IMG/VR virus record: IMGVR_UViG_3300023083_000001
Coordinates: 62,001-126,000 of that record
DNA length: 64,000 nt
Strand: one strand, 5' to 3'
Positions 27,545-35,474 of this stretch are shown here, piece after piece. The position numbers and the translations under genes are program-made. Positions within the stretch are counted from its first letter, which is position 1; every line of letters starts with the position of its first letter. Below the pieces are notes generated by a model that saw only the letters and a list, made by a program, of their open reading frames with translations, was not told the DNA's origin and made no database searches.

Positions 27545-28372
27545 TTATAGCGGATCGTCAAAGTGAAGGTACAACGACCCAGACAGACCCAACGAGTTGA
27601 CTTCCAGAAGATCAACCACGATCACGTGTTCGTAATCAGGATTGCTTTCCAGTGGCAGATCCGCAGTCTCACCAGCGTAGCGTACGGTCGCGCCCAAGAG
27701 CGAATAACGCGCTGCCTTATCGCTGACCCAAGCATCTCCTGTAATCGTCTTCAGTGCTTGTAGAATCACTGTACCGATCTGTGTCGCGCCGGTACCCACT
27801 GTCAACAAGTCGTTCGCTGCGGTGAAGTCTCTCCAATACGAATACATCGGAGCGTACGGCTTGGTCACCTGAGCATTCGGATACGACAATCCAGGAAGAG
27901 TGGACTGGAGCACGAAGTCTTCAATCGGCAACGATCCAAGCGCACATGTAAACTTGACAGAACCCAACCAGCCAAGACTGGTGCTCTTAGCCACCAACGT
28001 TACGTCACCTACACCGTTGACCAAACCCGATGGTCCATCGACGATGTCATCAGTTGTGAAGTTGGTACCGTACAGTACGTTCAAGCGCTGTGCGACCGCC
28101 ATCATGGTGTCGAGCTTATAACCCCGAATGTTTGTCGGAACCAACTGCGTCAGATCAGCCAGGTTCAGACGACGATAGCGTACTGTGGCGGCGCCGTCGT
28201 AAGGACTGTTGATGTCTTTGGCGACAATGCTGATCGAGGTATTGGTACCTGACCCATCGTCAGCCACGACTGTCGGATTGCCGTACGTGTATTCGCTCTC
28301 GACCAAGACCACCCCATTAAGGGATTTGATCGCACTGAGGATTTCCTCAAGCGGTCTTTTATACAAAGACAT
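27545..28372 (-). CDS. two-domain tail adaptor-family virion protein
   Basis: YRRLNL, SLGWLGSV, GSLYLHF. Confidence 0.7.
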   Translation of the reverse strand: MSLYKRPLEEILSAIKSLNGVVLVESEYTYGNPTVVADDGSGTNTSISIVAKDINSPYDGAATVRYRRLNLADLTQLVPTNIRGYKLDTMMAVAQRLNVLYGTNFTTDDIVDGPSGLVNGVGDVTLVAKSTSLGWLGSVKFTCALGSLPIEDFVLQSTLPGLSYPNAQVTKPYAPMYSYWRDFTAANDLLTVGTGATQIGTVILQALKTITGDAWVSDKAARYSLLGATVRYAGETADLPLESNPDYEHVIVVDLLEVNSLGLSGSLYLHFDDPL

Positions 28373-28390
28373 ATTTGAAACCCCTTAATA

Positions 28391-29182
28391 CTAATTGAAG
28401 TGGAAGTAAGCCGAGCCGGCGTAGTCTGGACCGCTCACGTTCTTCTGAATGATCACGTTACCGAAGGCCTTGTTGGCTTCCGGGATATTCGCTGTCGAAT
28501 AGATAGCGACGTCGTAACGCTGAGGCACAGGGAAGTTTGCGAACCCAAGGCTGAGCATCAGGTCTTGCACCGCTTTGACATTAGACCAGTAGCCTGCATA
28601 CACACCGAGCTTCTTGGCATCTTCAGTGAAGTCGATGCCCCATGTGCACATACTCAACGACTTCTTCGCCGGTACGATAACGTCAGGGTGTTTCAACACA
28701 CCCAACTTGATATCTGCAAGTGCACCACCCAACAGTGGACGGATACGTTCGAACTTGACCACGAAGTTACCTTCGTACCCCAGCGAGTTATCTTCAGCAA
28801 CAAAGTTCAGGTTGGCCTGCTCGTTACCGCCGATCCATTCGATCTGCTGGTTGACGATGTCACGCTCTTGCAGGTTCAGACCCAGCCGCTTGTTCAGCAG
28901 AGGGAGAATACCGTGCAAGCTATTTTGACCCAAGTCCCTGATGGAAGGACGAGTCTGCCCGAAGATAGTGTTGAAGTTAAAACGCTTGTACTTGAAGGTG
29001 ACGTAACCCTCGTACTCTTCATTGTTGTACATCGTGACCGTGGGAACGTCGACGGTCCCGTCTGCATTCTTTCTAGGCTTGCCGTAGTAGAGATCACCAA
29101 CGGCCAAGTTTACTGGAAGATCGTTGTTTTCATTGATCAGGTCGACCAGCGCCTGTTCCGATGATCCCTGTGTGAGGAACAT
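28391..29182 (-). CDS. two-domain tail adaptor-family virion protein
   Basis: LVDLINENN, YKRFNF, SLGYEG, GSAYFHFN. Confidence 0.7.
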   Translation of the reverse strand: MFLTQGSSEQALVDLINENNDLPVNLAVGDLYYGKPRKNADGTVDVPTVTMYNNEEYEGYVTFKYKRFNFNTIFGQTRPSIRDLGQNSLHGILPLLNKRLGLNLQERDIVNQQIEWIGGNEQANLNFVAEDNSLGYEGNFVVKFERIRPLLGGALADIKLGVLKHPDVIVPAKKSLSMCTWGIDFTEDAKKLGVYAGYWSNVKAVQDLMLSLGFANFPVPQRYDVAIYSTANIPEANKAFGNVIIQKNVSGPDYAGSAYFHFN

Positions 29183-29231
29183 AAAGCATCTCCTGGTTCA
29201 TGGGGAATACCAGCTAACTAACCACAAACAA

Positions 29232-29271
29232 AATAGACAGGAGTGGGGCCGAAACCCCACTCCTGTCTATT
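29232..29271 (-). terminator. intrinsic terminator
   Basis: 17-bp stem AATAGACAGGAGTGGGG/CCCCACTCCTGTCTATT; T-rich tail on the - strand. Confidence 0.65.
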
Positions 29272-29285
29272 CGAAGGGGAGCTGA

Positions 29286-29831
29286 TTATGCGCCAGCAGG
29301 CGGTGCGTAGGTCAGGCCGTTCAGTTCGGTCGTGGTGATGACGCTGCTCAGTTCAACTTCTTCCGATTTCAGTTGGAAGGTCAAGCTGTTGGTGTAACAC
29401 AGGGAGTCAGCATTGGCCACAACTTGCACATCGTGCACTTCGTTCAACGTGCCGGAGAAAGCAGGCAGGTTGCCGTCGACGTAATCGTCAGCCGTCAGGT
29501 TGATACCCAGACGGGCGTTGATTTCAGGGATGATGTCGGAGATCTTGGTGGCATCGCCAACCATGAACACCATGTCACGGCCAGCGCCGGCGGCGACGTA
29601 CACCGATGCGATCTGTGTGGTCAGGTGCAGGCGGTTGTACTTGATGACTACCGAGCCTTTGTAACCCGAACCATCTTCAGCGGTCACGGTCAGACTGGTG
29701 TTCTTCGAACCAGTGTCGACGATTGGCAGATCGAACTGCAACATCTCCTGGGTGAACGACTGACCAGGGTTGCTGGTATTGATGAGGTCAAGAATGACCG
29801 CAACGGGGATTTTGGTTAGATCGTTAGCCAT
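29286..29831 (-). CDS. single-domain tail/fibre adaptor-family virion protein
   Basis: Start moved to MANDLTK (29831); NTSLTV.A..GSGYKG..YNRL; ends VITTTELNGLTYAP. Confidence 0.7.
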   Translation of the reverse strand: MANDLTKIPVAVILDLINTSNPGQSFTQEMLQFDLPIVDTGSKNTSLTVTAEDGSGYKGSVVIKYNRLHLTTQIASVYVAAGAGRDMVFMVGDATKISDIIPEINARLGINLTADDYVDGNLPAFSGTLNEVHDVQVVANADSLCYTNSLTFQLKSEEVELSSVITTTELNGLTYAPPAGA

Positions 29832-29928
29832 GGAATAATTCTCTCGAGAATATACAACAGAAGTGATCGTGTCGGCCGACACATAGAATTGAGGGTGCTC
29901 TTCCTTAAGTTCCTATAGCATCAACAGC

Positions 29929-29959
29929 ATAGAGAGGAGGGTCAACCCCTCCTCTCTAT
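29929..29959 (-). terminator. hairpin terminator
   Basis: 13-bp stem ATAGAGAGGAGGG/CCCTCCTCTCTAT. Confidence 0.6.
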
Positions 29960-30498
29960 CAATTACCTGGTGCTGCGTAGATCAGAGCGTCGTAATCACG
30001 GCTGATAATGACATCGCTCAGTGGAATCCAGTCCGGGTGAACACGTAGAATGATCGTGCCGGTGTAACACAACGAGTTTGGCGCCACAGTCAAAGGGACG
30101 TCTATATACGTCGGACTGTCATCGTCAAACACCGGTAGCGTAGCGTCGACAATCTTGTCAGCGGTGAGCTTTATCTTGAGACGCTCGTTGAGTTCAGGCA
30201 ACAGCTGCGACAGCTTAGTGTACTCGCTAGTCTCAAAGTCAAGAATGTCTACTGGGTATTCAGGAACAAACCTGGATAACGCCACACGGTTGTAGTAGAA
30301 GGTCTGACTACCACTGTAACCTCGCCCTGCGATCGCCGTGGCGATAATGCTGGTGTTACGGTTGACGCCTTGGGTCGGAGTGTAGTTGTTAGGTGCTCCG
30401 AATGTGACCTGGCCTGTCGTCAGCGGCTTGCGTTCGTTATCTTCGCGGATAAGGTCGATCAACAAGTCGATCTCATTACGGGTGTAGTCAATGGCCAT
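29959..30498 (-). CDS. single-domain adaptor-family virion protein
   Basis: NTSI.A...GRGYSG...YNR, LNERL, SLCYTG. Confidence 0.7.
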   Translation of the reverse strand: MAIDYTRNEIDLLIDLIREDNERKPLTTGQVTFGAPNNYTPTQGVNRNTSIIATAIAGRGYSGSQTFYYNRVALSRFVPEYPVDILDFETSEYTKLSQLLPELNERLKIKLTADKIVDATLPVFDDDSPTYIDVPLTVAPNSLCYTGTIILRVHPDWIPLSDVIISRDYDALIYAAPGN

Positions 30499-30526
30499 AC
30501 ATGCAGTCTCATTAAGAGGTTAGATA

Positions 30527-31129
30527 TCAGGAAGGTTGGAAACCATTTAGGTCAGGTTCCCCTACCGCAACTCTCAACGGGTTGCTACCGGAAGACAATT
30601 GATCATAGTTTCCGCCATCGGTCAGGACTGGATCGAATGGGGACGTAAAGCCATTTAGCACGTTATTGAGGAACTCATCTTTCAGGATCGAGTCGGCTTC
30701 ACCCAACAAGACTGTCAACTCACCGATCCAGATCAACTGCGTAGGGTTGACTTTAATGAAGACAGAATTGGGACTTACGACAAACTCAATCAGATCCTCG
30801 AGTGGAATAAAGAAGTTGTATTTCTTGATCAACGCTTCAAACAATGTAGCGTGGTCAATCCTTCCGTCGATGTGGACCGAAGGCTGTGGTTCATCTATCT
30901 CATTGAAAGCTTCTTGAATATCAATGCGATTGTAGAAATATTCGTAACTGCCGTAGACAGTCGGGTGTAACGATGTAGCCAAGACACGAGTGTTCGTATC
31001 ACCTTCGAAGGAGCCAGCGACCGGGGTGGTGAATTCCAGGTCTTCTGTCCTTAAGTTGACTCCGTTCTCCGCCAGGACCTCCTGGTTAGATGATCGAATC
31101 AACTCGACCAAGATCTGCTTACCGGTCAT
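30527..31129 (-). CDS. single-domain adaptor-family virion protein
   Basis: YFYNRID, LIWIGEL; two copies of the terminal LNGF motif. Confidence 0.7.
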   Translation of the reverse strand: MTGKQILVELIRSSNQEVLAENGVNLRTEDLEFTTPVAGSFEGDTNTRVLATSLHPTVYGSYEYFYNRIDIQEAFNEIDEPQPSVHIDGRIDHATLFEALIKKYNFFIPLEDLIEFVVSPNSVFIKVNPTQLIWIGELTVLLGEADSILKDEFLNNVLNGFTSPFDPVLTDGGNYDQLSSGSNPLRVAVGEPDLNGFQPS

Positions 31130-31214
31130 AGTCCGAATCCCATAGAGTGGTCGATCGCTTACATTATCTGTCCGCCGTCATTTGACGTGTAGTTGTAAAT
31201 CATAATGAAACTAA

Positions 31215-31234
31215 TTACAGTCATACATTCTCTA
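31215..31234 (+). promoter_or_regulatory. putative early promoter motif
   Basis: TTACAGTCATACATTCTCTA at the head of a + strand small-gene cluster. Confidence 0.5.
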
Positions 31235-31282
31235 CTTGAACAACAGCACTTACGCCGTTGTCAAATGTCCGTGGAGGACCGC

Positions 31283-31642
31283 ATGTCTTTAGTAAACGTT
31301 GTTAAGATTGCTGGTGTTACCGTTGCTGCCGGCGTTGCCGGTGCTGCGATTGGCTGGGGTAGTTTCAAGCTGTACATGAAACTGTCAGGTAAAGATGAAT
31401 CTAATAAAGAAACCACTCGCGGTTACATCCGCCGGGTGATTGTGGATATCAAAGGGTTGGTGAAAGACCACAAATTGGTTCTGAGTCCTAACATGCTTAA
31501 CACCATCACCAATGCCGAAGCGGTATTGGCTGATCCTAAAACCACTTACGTGCAATTGGGTCAGCAATTGAAAGCACTTAACGACCTCTTCGCCGCGCTG
31601 GTTGATGTCTACGTCAAAGCCACTACTGGCGCAACCATCTAA
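31283..31642 (+). CDS. hypothetical early protein with N-terminal hydrophobic helix
   Basis: ATG at 31283 after GTGGAGG; VVKIAGVTVAAGVAGAAIGWG. Confidence 0.75.
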   Translation: MSLVNVVKIAGVTVAAGVAGAAIGWGSFKLYMKLSGKDESNKETTRGYIRRVIVDIKGLVKDHKLVLSPNMLNTITNAEAVLADPKTTYVQLGQQLKALNDLFAALVDVYVKATTGATI

Positions 31643-31706
31643 CCGTGATGAGGTAGTTAACGCTACCTCGTTCTATGCTCCATTCTCGTCCGAGGAGGAC
31701 AGTCGC

Positions 31707-32147
31707 ATGTCGCATCATAAATTTGATCATCTCTTCACCCTTACTCTGCGCTTCAGCCCAATGGGTAATTGTGTCAGCATTGTTAATGCTGGTGAAGAAG
31801 CCATGCACCGCGCTCAGAGTGACGAAGACCACGATGGCCGTAAGTGGGCTATCAGGACTCAGGGTGGTCGCGCAATCGTCGTAGGCGGTAAACAAGGCTG
31901 GTTCAGCATGACCGAATACGGCGACATCGGTATCAGTAAAACTTACACAGACAACCAATTCTATCAGGACAACAAGAACCGTATCCAGGCTGCGATTAAG
32001 ACCGCCATGTTGGAAGGGTTCCCCCTGATTGGAATCGCGAACACGCTGGACGCCGCTGTAAAAGGATTTGGTTACGAACAAGTCGCAAGTTACTTCTTCA
32101 AGATAGAAGAAGCCTTGCGTGACTTCGACATCGCCGAATCCTGCTAA
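31707..32147 (+). CDS. hypothetical early protein
   Basis: ATG at 31707 after GAGGAGG. Confidence 0.75.
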   Translation: MSHHKFDHLFTLTLRFSPMGNCVSIVNAGEEAMHRAQSDEDHDGRKWAIRTQGGRAIVVGGKQGWFSMTEYGDIGISKTYTDNQFYQDNKNRIQAAIKTAMLEGFPLIGIANTLDAAVKGFGYEQVASYFFKIEEALRDFDIAESC

Positions 32148-32204
32148 TACAAACCAACCCGACCGTGGAGGTCTGACTAATGCATTCTTTGAAGGACTAC
32201 AATC

Positions 32205-32570
32205 ATGAAACTCGAAATCCCTGTAACTCTGCTTGACAACGAACTGGTCCTGGTCGCTGAAGAAGACCATCGTCCGGCTGAAGTCTTTCGGTTGGGCTCT
32301 GTCAAGATGGTGTTCCCTGACCTCAGCGTTCGCACCATTCGCGTCTTTGGCATCCTTGGTGATGTTGAGCAATACGAACAACGCGTTGAGTTCGAAAAGA
32401 TGTTGCGTGCCGAATGTGAGAAGCCGGAGGTCCTCAAGGATCTTTTCGACTACACCGGCCCTGCACCACATGCCAAACGTTTCAACTCCTGCCAAGCGTT
32501 GACCGATAAAGGTTGGCGCAGTCGCAATGCGGACCATCAGCGTAATCACCACGCTCAAGCCGCGCATTAA
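32205..32570 (+). CDS. hypothetical protein
   Basis: GAAGGA SD; 121 aa. Confidence 0.7.
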   Translation: MKLEIPVTLLDNELVLVAEEDHRPAEVFRLGSVKMVFPDLSVRTIRVFGILGDVEQYEQRVEFEKMLRAECEKPEVLKDLFDYTGPAPHAKRFNSCQALTDKGWRSRNADHQRNHHAQAAH

Positions 32571-32602
32571 TAGCTGTAACTACCACCCGTGGAGGGTAAC
32601 GA

Positions 32603-33142
32603 ATGAAGATCTGGAAATTGAGCACTGGCGCTGTCGTCGTCACTGAGAACGGTAGCACCAAAGTACTGACTCCCCCTAAAGGCGTCAGTTACAGCGAAGC
32701 CGCAAACCGTTGGTACACATCCATCATCGGTAACAAGCACCGTTCGATGTTTGAACCGGTAGAGTGGAAGTCTGTCAGTTTCGGTTGTAACAAGCATGGC
32801 GCAGTCAGTGCCTTCGAACAGGCTGTGGAAGCTCGCGAAGATTCCCTGACCTTCTTGCTCAACCGCCGGATGCTTCCACGCATCTTGCGCCAGTACCACG
32901 TGTTGGAACGCAACGGCAAGTACGTCGTTCGTGATCCACTGGAAAAGATCTACCGTCAGTTCAGCACTCTGCAACATGCGGAGGCGTTCAACGCCTCCAT
33001 CACTAAAGAGTGGATCTACCAATACACCTTTGACACCAGCACCATGATCGAAACCAAAGCCAACCTCATGGACATGGAGTTTACCAGCCGTATGGGTGGT
33101 GCTCCTAAACCTACTTACCCACAACACCGTACCGTGCAATGA
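32603..33142 (+). CDS. hypothetical early protein
   Basis: GTGGAGG SD; 179 aa. Confidence 0.75.
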   Translation: MKIWKLSTGAVVVTENGSTKVLTPPKGVSYSEAANRWYTSIIGNKHRSMFEPVEWKSVSFGCNKHGAVSAFEQAVEAREDSLTFLLNRRMLPRILRQYHVLERNGKYVVRDPLEKIYRQFSTLQHAEAFNASITKEWIYQYTFDTSTMIETKANLMDMEFTSRMGGAPKPTYPQHRTVQ

Positions 33143-33294
33143 ACGGTGGTAAGTTGGGTGATGCGGTGGATGCCAGCATCAGGCGCAGGTTACAGCAGAT
33201 GCGGATGCGAAGAACCATTCGCATTTGTAAGCTGGTTGTGATCGGTATGGCTATTTATTTAGTCATTCATCTGGTACACGCTCATGGAGCGTGA
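33139..33294 (+). CDS. small membrane protein (not in ORF track)
   Basis: ATGA overlap with the upstream stop; 51 aa MNGGKLG...IRICKLVVIGMAIYLVIHLVHAHGA with one TM helix. Confidence 0.55.
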   Translation: MNGGKLGDAVDASIRRRLQQMRMRRTIRICKLVVIGMAIYLVIHLVHAHGA

Positions 33295-33490
33295 CTTGAC
33301 GTGGGAAGATGTGACGCTGTGGGTGTTGGCAGCTTTAGTCATGACAGCAATGGCTGTGACGATTACAGTGGCTGATCGTAAAGGTCAACTGGAGGAGATC
33401 TGCGGCAATAACAAAGAACGAGCTGAAGCCGGAATCCTGGTGGATACTTCCAATAAACTGTTTGCTATTAAGTGTCACGATACCTACTGA
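33284..33490 (+). CDS. small membrane protein
   Basis: TM helix VTLWVLAALVMTAMAVTITV; periplasmic-type Cys pair. Confidence 0.65.
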   Translation: MERDLTWEDVTLWVLAALVMTAMAVTITVADRKGQLEEICGNNKERAEAGILVDTSNKLFAIKCHDTY

Positions 33491-33505
33491 CCGAGGAGGT
33501 CATAA

Positions 33506-33625
33506 ATGAGTAATACCGTCATGTTGTTTGTCGGCATTGGTATTGGCATGTACATCATGAGCCAGAAGCATAAAACTGCCGAAGCTCTGAAGGCCATGCA
33601 AGCCGCTGCTGGCGTCACTGTGTAA
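33506..33625 (+). CDS. small membrane peptide (not in ORF track)
   Basis: GAGGAGG SD; 39 aa MSNTVMLFVGIGIGMYIMSQKHKTAEALKAMQAAAGVTV; followed by a terminator. Confidence 0.65.
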   Translation: MSNTVMLFVGIGIGMYIMSQKHKTAEALKAMQAAAGVTV

Positions 33626-33636
33626 TTACGCGATCA

Positions 33637-33686
33637 GCATAGACCGGGTGGATCTCCACCCGGCTTTATGTTCTTTATTTTTTATT
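33637..33686 (+). terminator. terminator
   Basis: CCGGGTGGA-tc-TCCACCCGG, then TTTATG and a T-run. Confidence 0.6.
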
Positions 33687-33703
33687 GACTGAGGAAGTCC
33701 TGC

Positions 33704-34747
33704 ATGAAATCTAGTAACTTTCCTGGCCTTAACAAAGCCGTCAAAGCGTTCGAAAAAGCGAGCAAATCTTTTAACGCTCAAGCGTCGTCGATGGATGCGA
33801 GCATGACGCTGACGTACGACGAACTTATAGCGTCTGTTGGTAAAGACGGTAAGATCCCTGGCAGTATCTTTGGCGAGGTGTTATTACCTGGTGGTGGTAT
33901 CAGTGATCTTCGTGAAGTAGATTTAGATAAGATTGTTGAAAGTGTACGCAGCGGAAGTTACGCCAGGTCAGTACCCACTTCCGATACATGGCCGCACGTA
34001 ACCAGTAAAAGCTGGGCGGAAAGTAATCTGAAGAAAATCTTCGATAACGAATCCGTAATCGTTAATCCAAGAAACCCTAACGCTTGGTTACGGGGTAAGA
34101 CTCCAGCGTTCCCTGAAAACCGTTACTGCACTCGGGAACAGCTGCACGCGTTACTTATACCCAGTTCCCGCCCAAGACTTAAACACGAATACTTCGTCGA
34201 CGGTGAACTCGTACTCAGTTATAAAAATATCCTGCATGGATATCAACGTTTCATGCGACCCTTCATTACATCCCGCGGTAGACGTCTACCGCAGTTCGTA
34301 CCGATCGTCGGAATGTATCGCAAGGACATGAACGAGTTGTTGGAATATCTGATCCAGGTATTTCCTCCGTACATTGAAAGTGAACTCATGGCAAGGTTCG
34401 AGAAACCCGTTCCGTATCGTATCGTTCCATTCGCTGACCGGATCAAAGTCCGTCGTCGTTTATCCAAAGAAGTAGTCGTGGAGATAAAGCCTGTGCAGTT
34501 ACGCAAGATGACCGTAGAATCAGAGTACGAGAATACAACCCTGACCTACAACCGCGATGACAGCGGCGCAAGTAGCGTTTGGACTGTGGTCGTAGAGCCT
34601 AACATGACCACCGGCCGTCGTAGCCGCGACGAACGTCGGCATGTGTTCAAGCTCCCTGAACATGCGCTGCTGGCATTTGCGCGGTTGGGCAATGACCTGG
34701 CTATGGGTCGTAACCTGTCGACCAACCTGGATTACGAAATCCTCTAA
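33704..34747 (+). CDS. hypothetical protein
   Basis: 347-aa ORF with GAGGA SD. Confidence 0.75.
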   Translation: MKSSNFPGLNKAVKAFEKASKSFNAQASSMDASMTLTYDELIASVGKDGKIPGSIFGEVLLPGGGISDLREVDLDKIVESVRSGSYARSVPTSDTWPHVTSKSWAESNLKKIFDNESVIVNPRNPNAWLRGKTPAFPENRYCTREQLHALLIPSSRPRLKHEYFVDGELVLSYKNILHGYQRFMRPFITSRGRRLPQFVPIVGMYRKDMNELLEYLIQVFPPYIESELMARFEKPVPYRIVPFADRIKVRRRLSKEVVVEIKPVQLRKMTVESEYENTTLTYNRDDSGASSVWTVVVEPNMTTGRRSRDERRHVFKLPEHALLAFARLGNDLAMGRNLSTNLDYEIL

Positions 34748-34764
34748 CCTGTATCAGAAGAAAC

Positions 34765-35010
34765 ATGAAAGAACTCATCTTCACTCGGACCCACAAAGAC
34801 AATATCAGTAAAGCCGCCTTTGCTAGAGAAGCTAAAGCTCGTACCAAGATCTCTATCAATGGTGTTATTTACGATAACGTCAGCCGCGCTGCTGCGGCTG
34901 TGGGTCTGCATCAACGCACCATCACCCGTTACGCCCAATCCGATAAAGAGATCCACAAGGATTACTTCTTTATCCAATCGACCGAGGAGGTCAATGATGA
35001 AACAATCTAA
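34765..35010 (+). CDS. stand-alone NUMOD1/HTH-like DNA-binding protein
   Basis: ISINGVIYDNVSRAAAAVGLHQRTI resembles homing-endonuclease C-terminal HTH modules. Confidence 0.5.
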   Translation: MKELIFTRTHKDNISKAAFAREAKARTKISINGVIYDNVSRAAAAVGLHQRTITRYAQSDKEIHKDYFFIQSTEEVNDETI

Positions 35011-35422
35011 ACGCTTCAAACAAGCCATGCACGCCATCCGTATCAACAACTTCGCGAAACGAATGGGTAAGTCGTTTGCTGAGTTCGAAAAAGAGCAGAT
35101 GGAAAAACCTGGTAAAGTTCGATCTACGCTTCGGCCTGACGATGTGTTCAGCGCAACTTCTCGACCTAATCCACTCCGCGAGCACTGGCAAAAGCATGGG
35201 GATCGAGATACACGTGATTCAGGCGGTATCGTGATTACCGAAATGTCTAGCGAGGAGAAAGATATCGCTTACGCCGAAAGTGTTGAACGGCGAGCCAAGA
35301 TTCGTGAACACTTCGGCGTAAGCCCTCGCGGTGAAGGTCGTTCAGATCGCGAACAACCCAACCGTTCAGCCGGCGAAAGTGAAGCTAATCGCGATGGATA
35401 CATGTCCGGCGACGAAGAGTAA
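34994..35422 (+). CDS. hypothetical highly charged protein
   Basis: Start moved to 34994 after GAGGAGG. Confidence 0.7.
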   Translation: MMKQSKRFKQAMHAIRINNFAKRMGKSFAEFEKEQMEKPGKVRSTLRPDDVFSATSRPNPLREHWQKHGDRDTRDSGGIVITEMSSEEKDIAYAESVERRAKIREHFGVSPRGEGRSDREQPNRSAGESEANRDGYMSGDEE

Positions 35423-35423
35423 G

Positions 35424-35471
35424 CGGCATAGACACCAGGGCTTACGCCCTGGTGTCACACTTCTTTTTTTT
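35424..35471. terminator. bidirectional terminator
   Basis: GACACCAGGGC-ttac-GCCCTGGTGTC; T-run on the + strand, TATGCCG on the - strand. Confidence 0.7.
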
Positions 35472-35474
35472 GTG

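Larger units (their letters stand above)
31267..34992 (+). promoter_or_regulatory. SD-loop hairpins, cluster 3 (31267, 31688, 32161, 32585, 33489, 33687, 34980)
   Basis: Seven 13-nt elements with stems GTCC/GGAC, GACC/GGTC, ACCC/GGGT and GACT/AGTC; loop G(A/T)GGA. Confidence 0.65.

Noticed and set aside
14109-31129. Diversity-generating retroelement or invertible shufflon behind the fibre paralogs
   Set aside because: No reverse transcriptase, recombinase, adenine-specific TR/VR pair or inverted crossover sites seen in the window.
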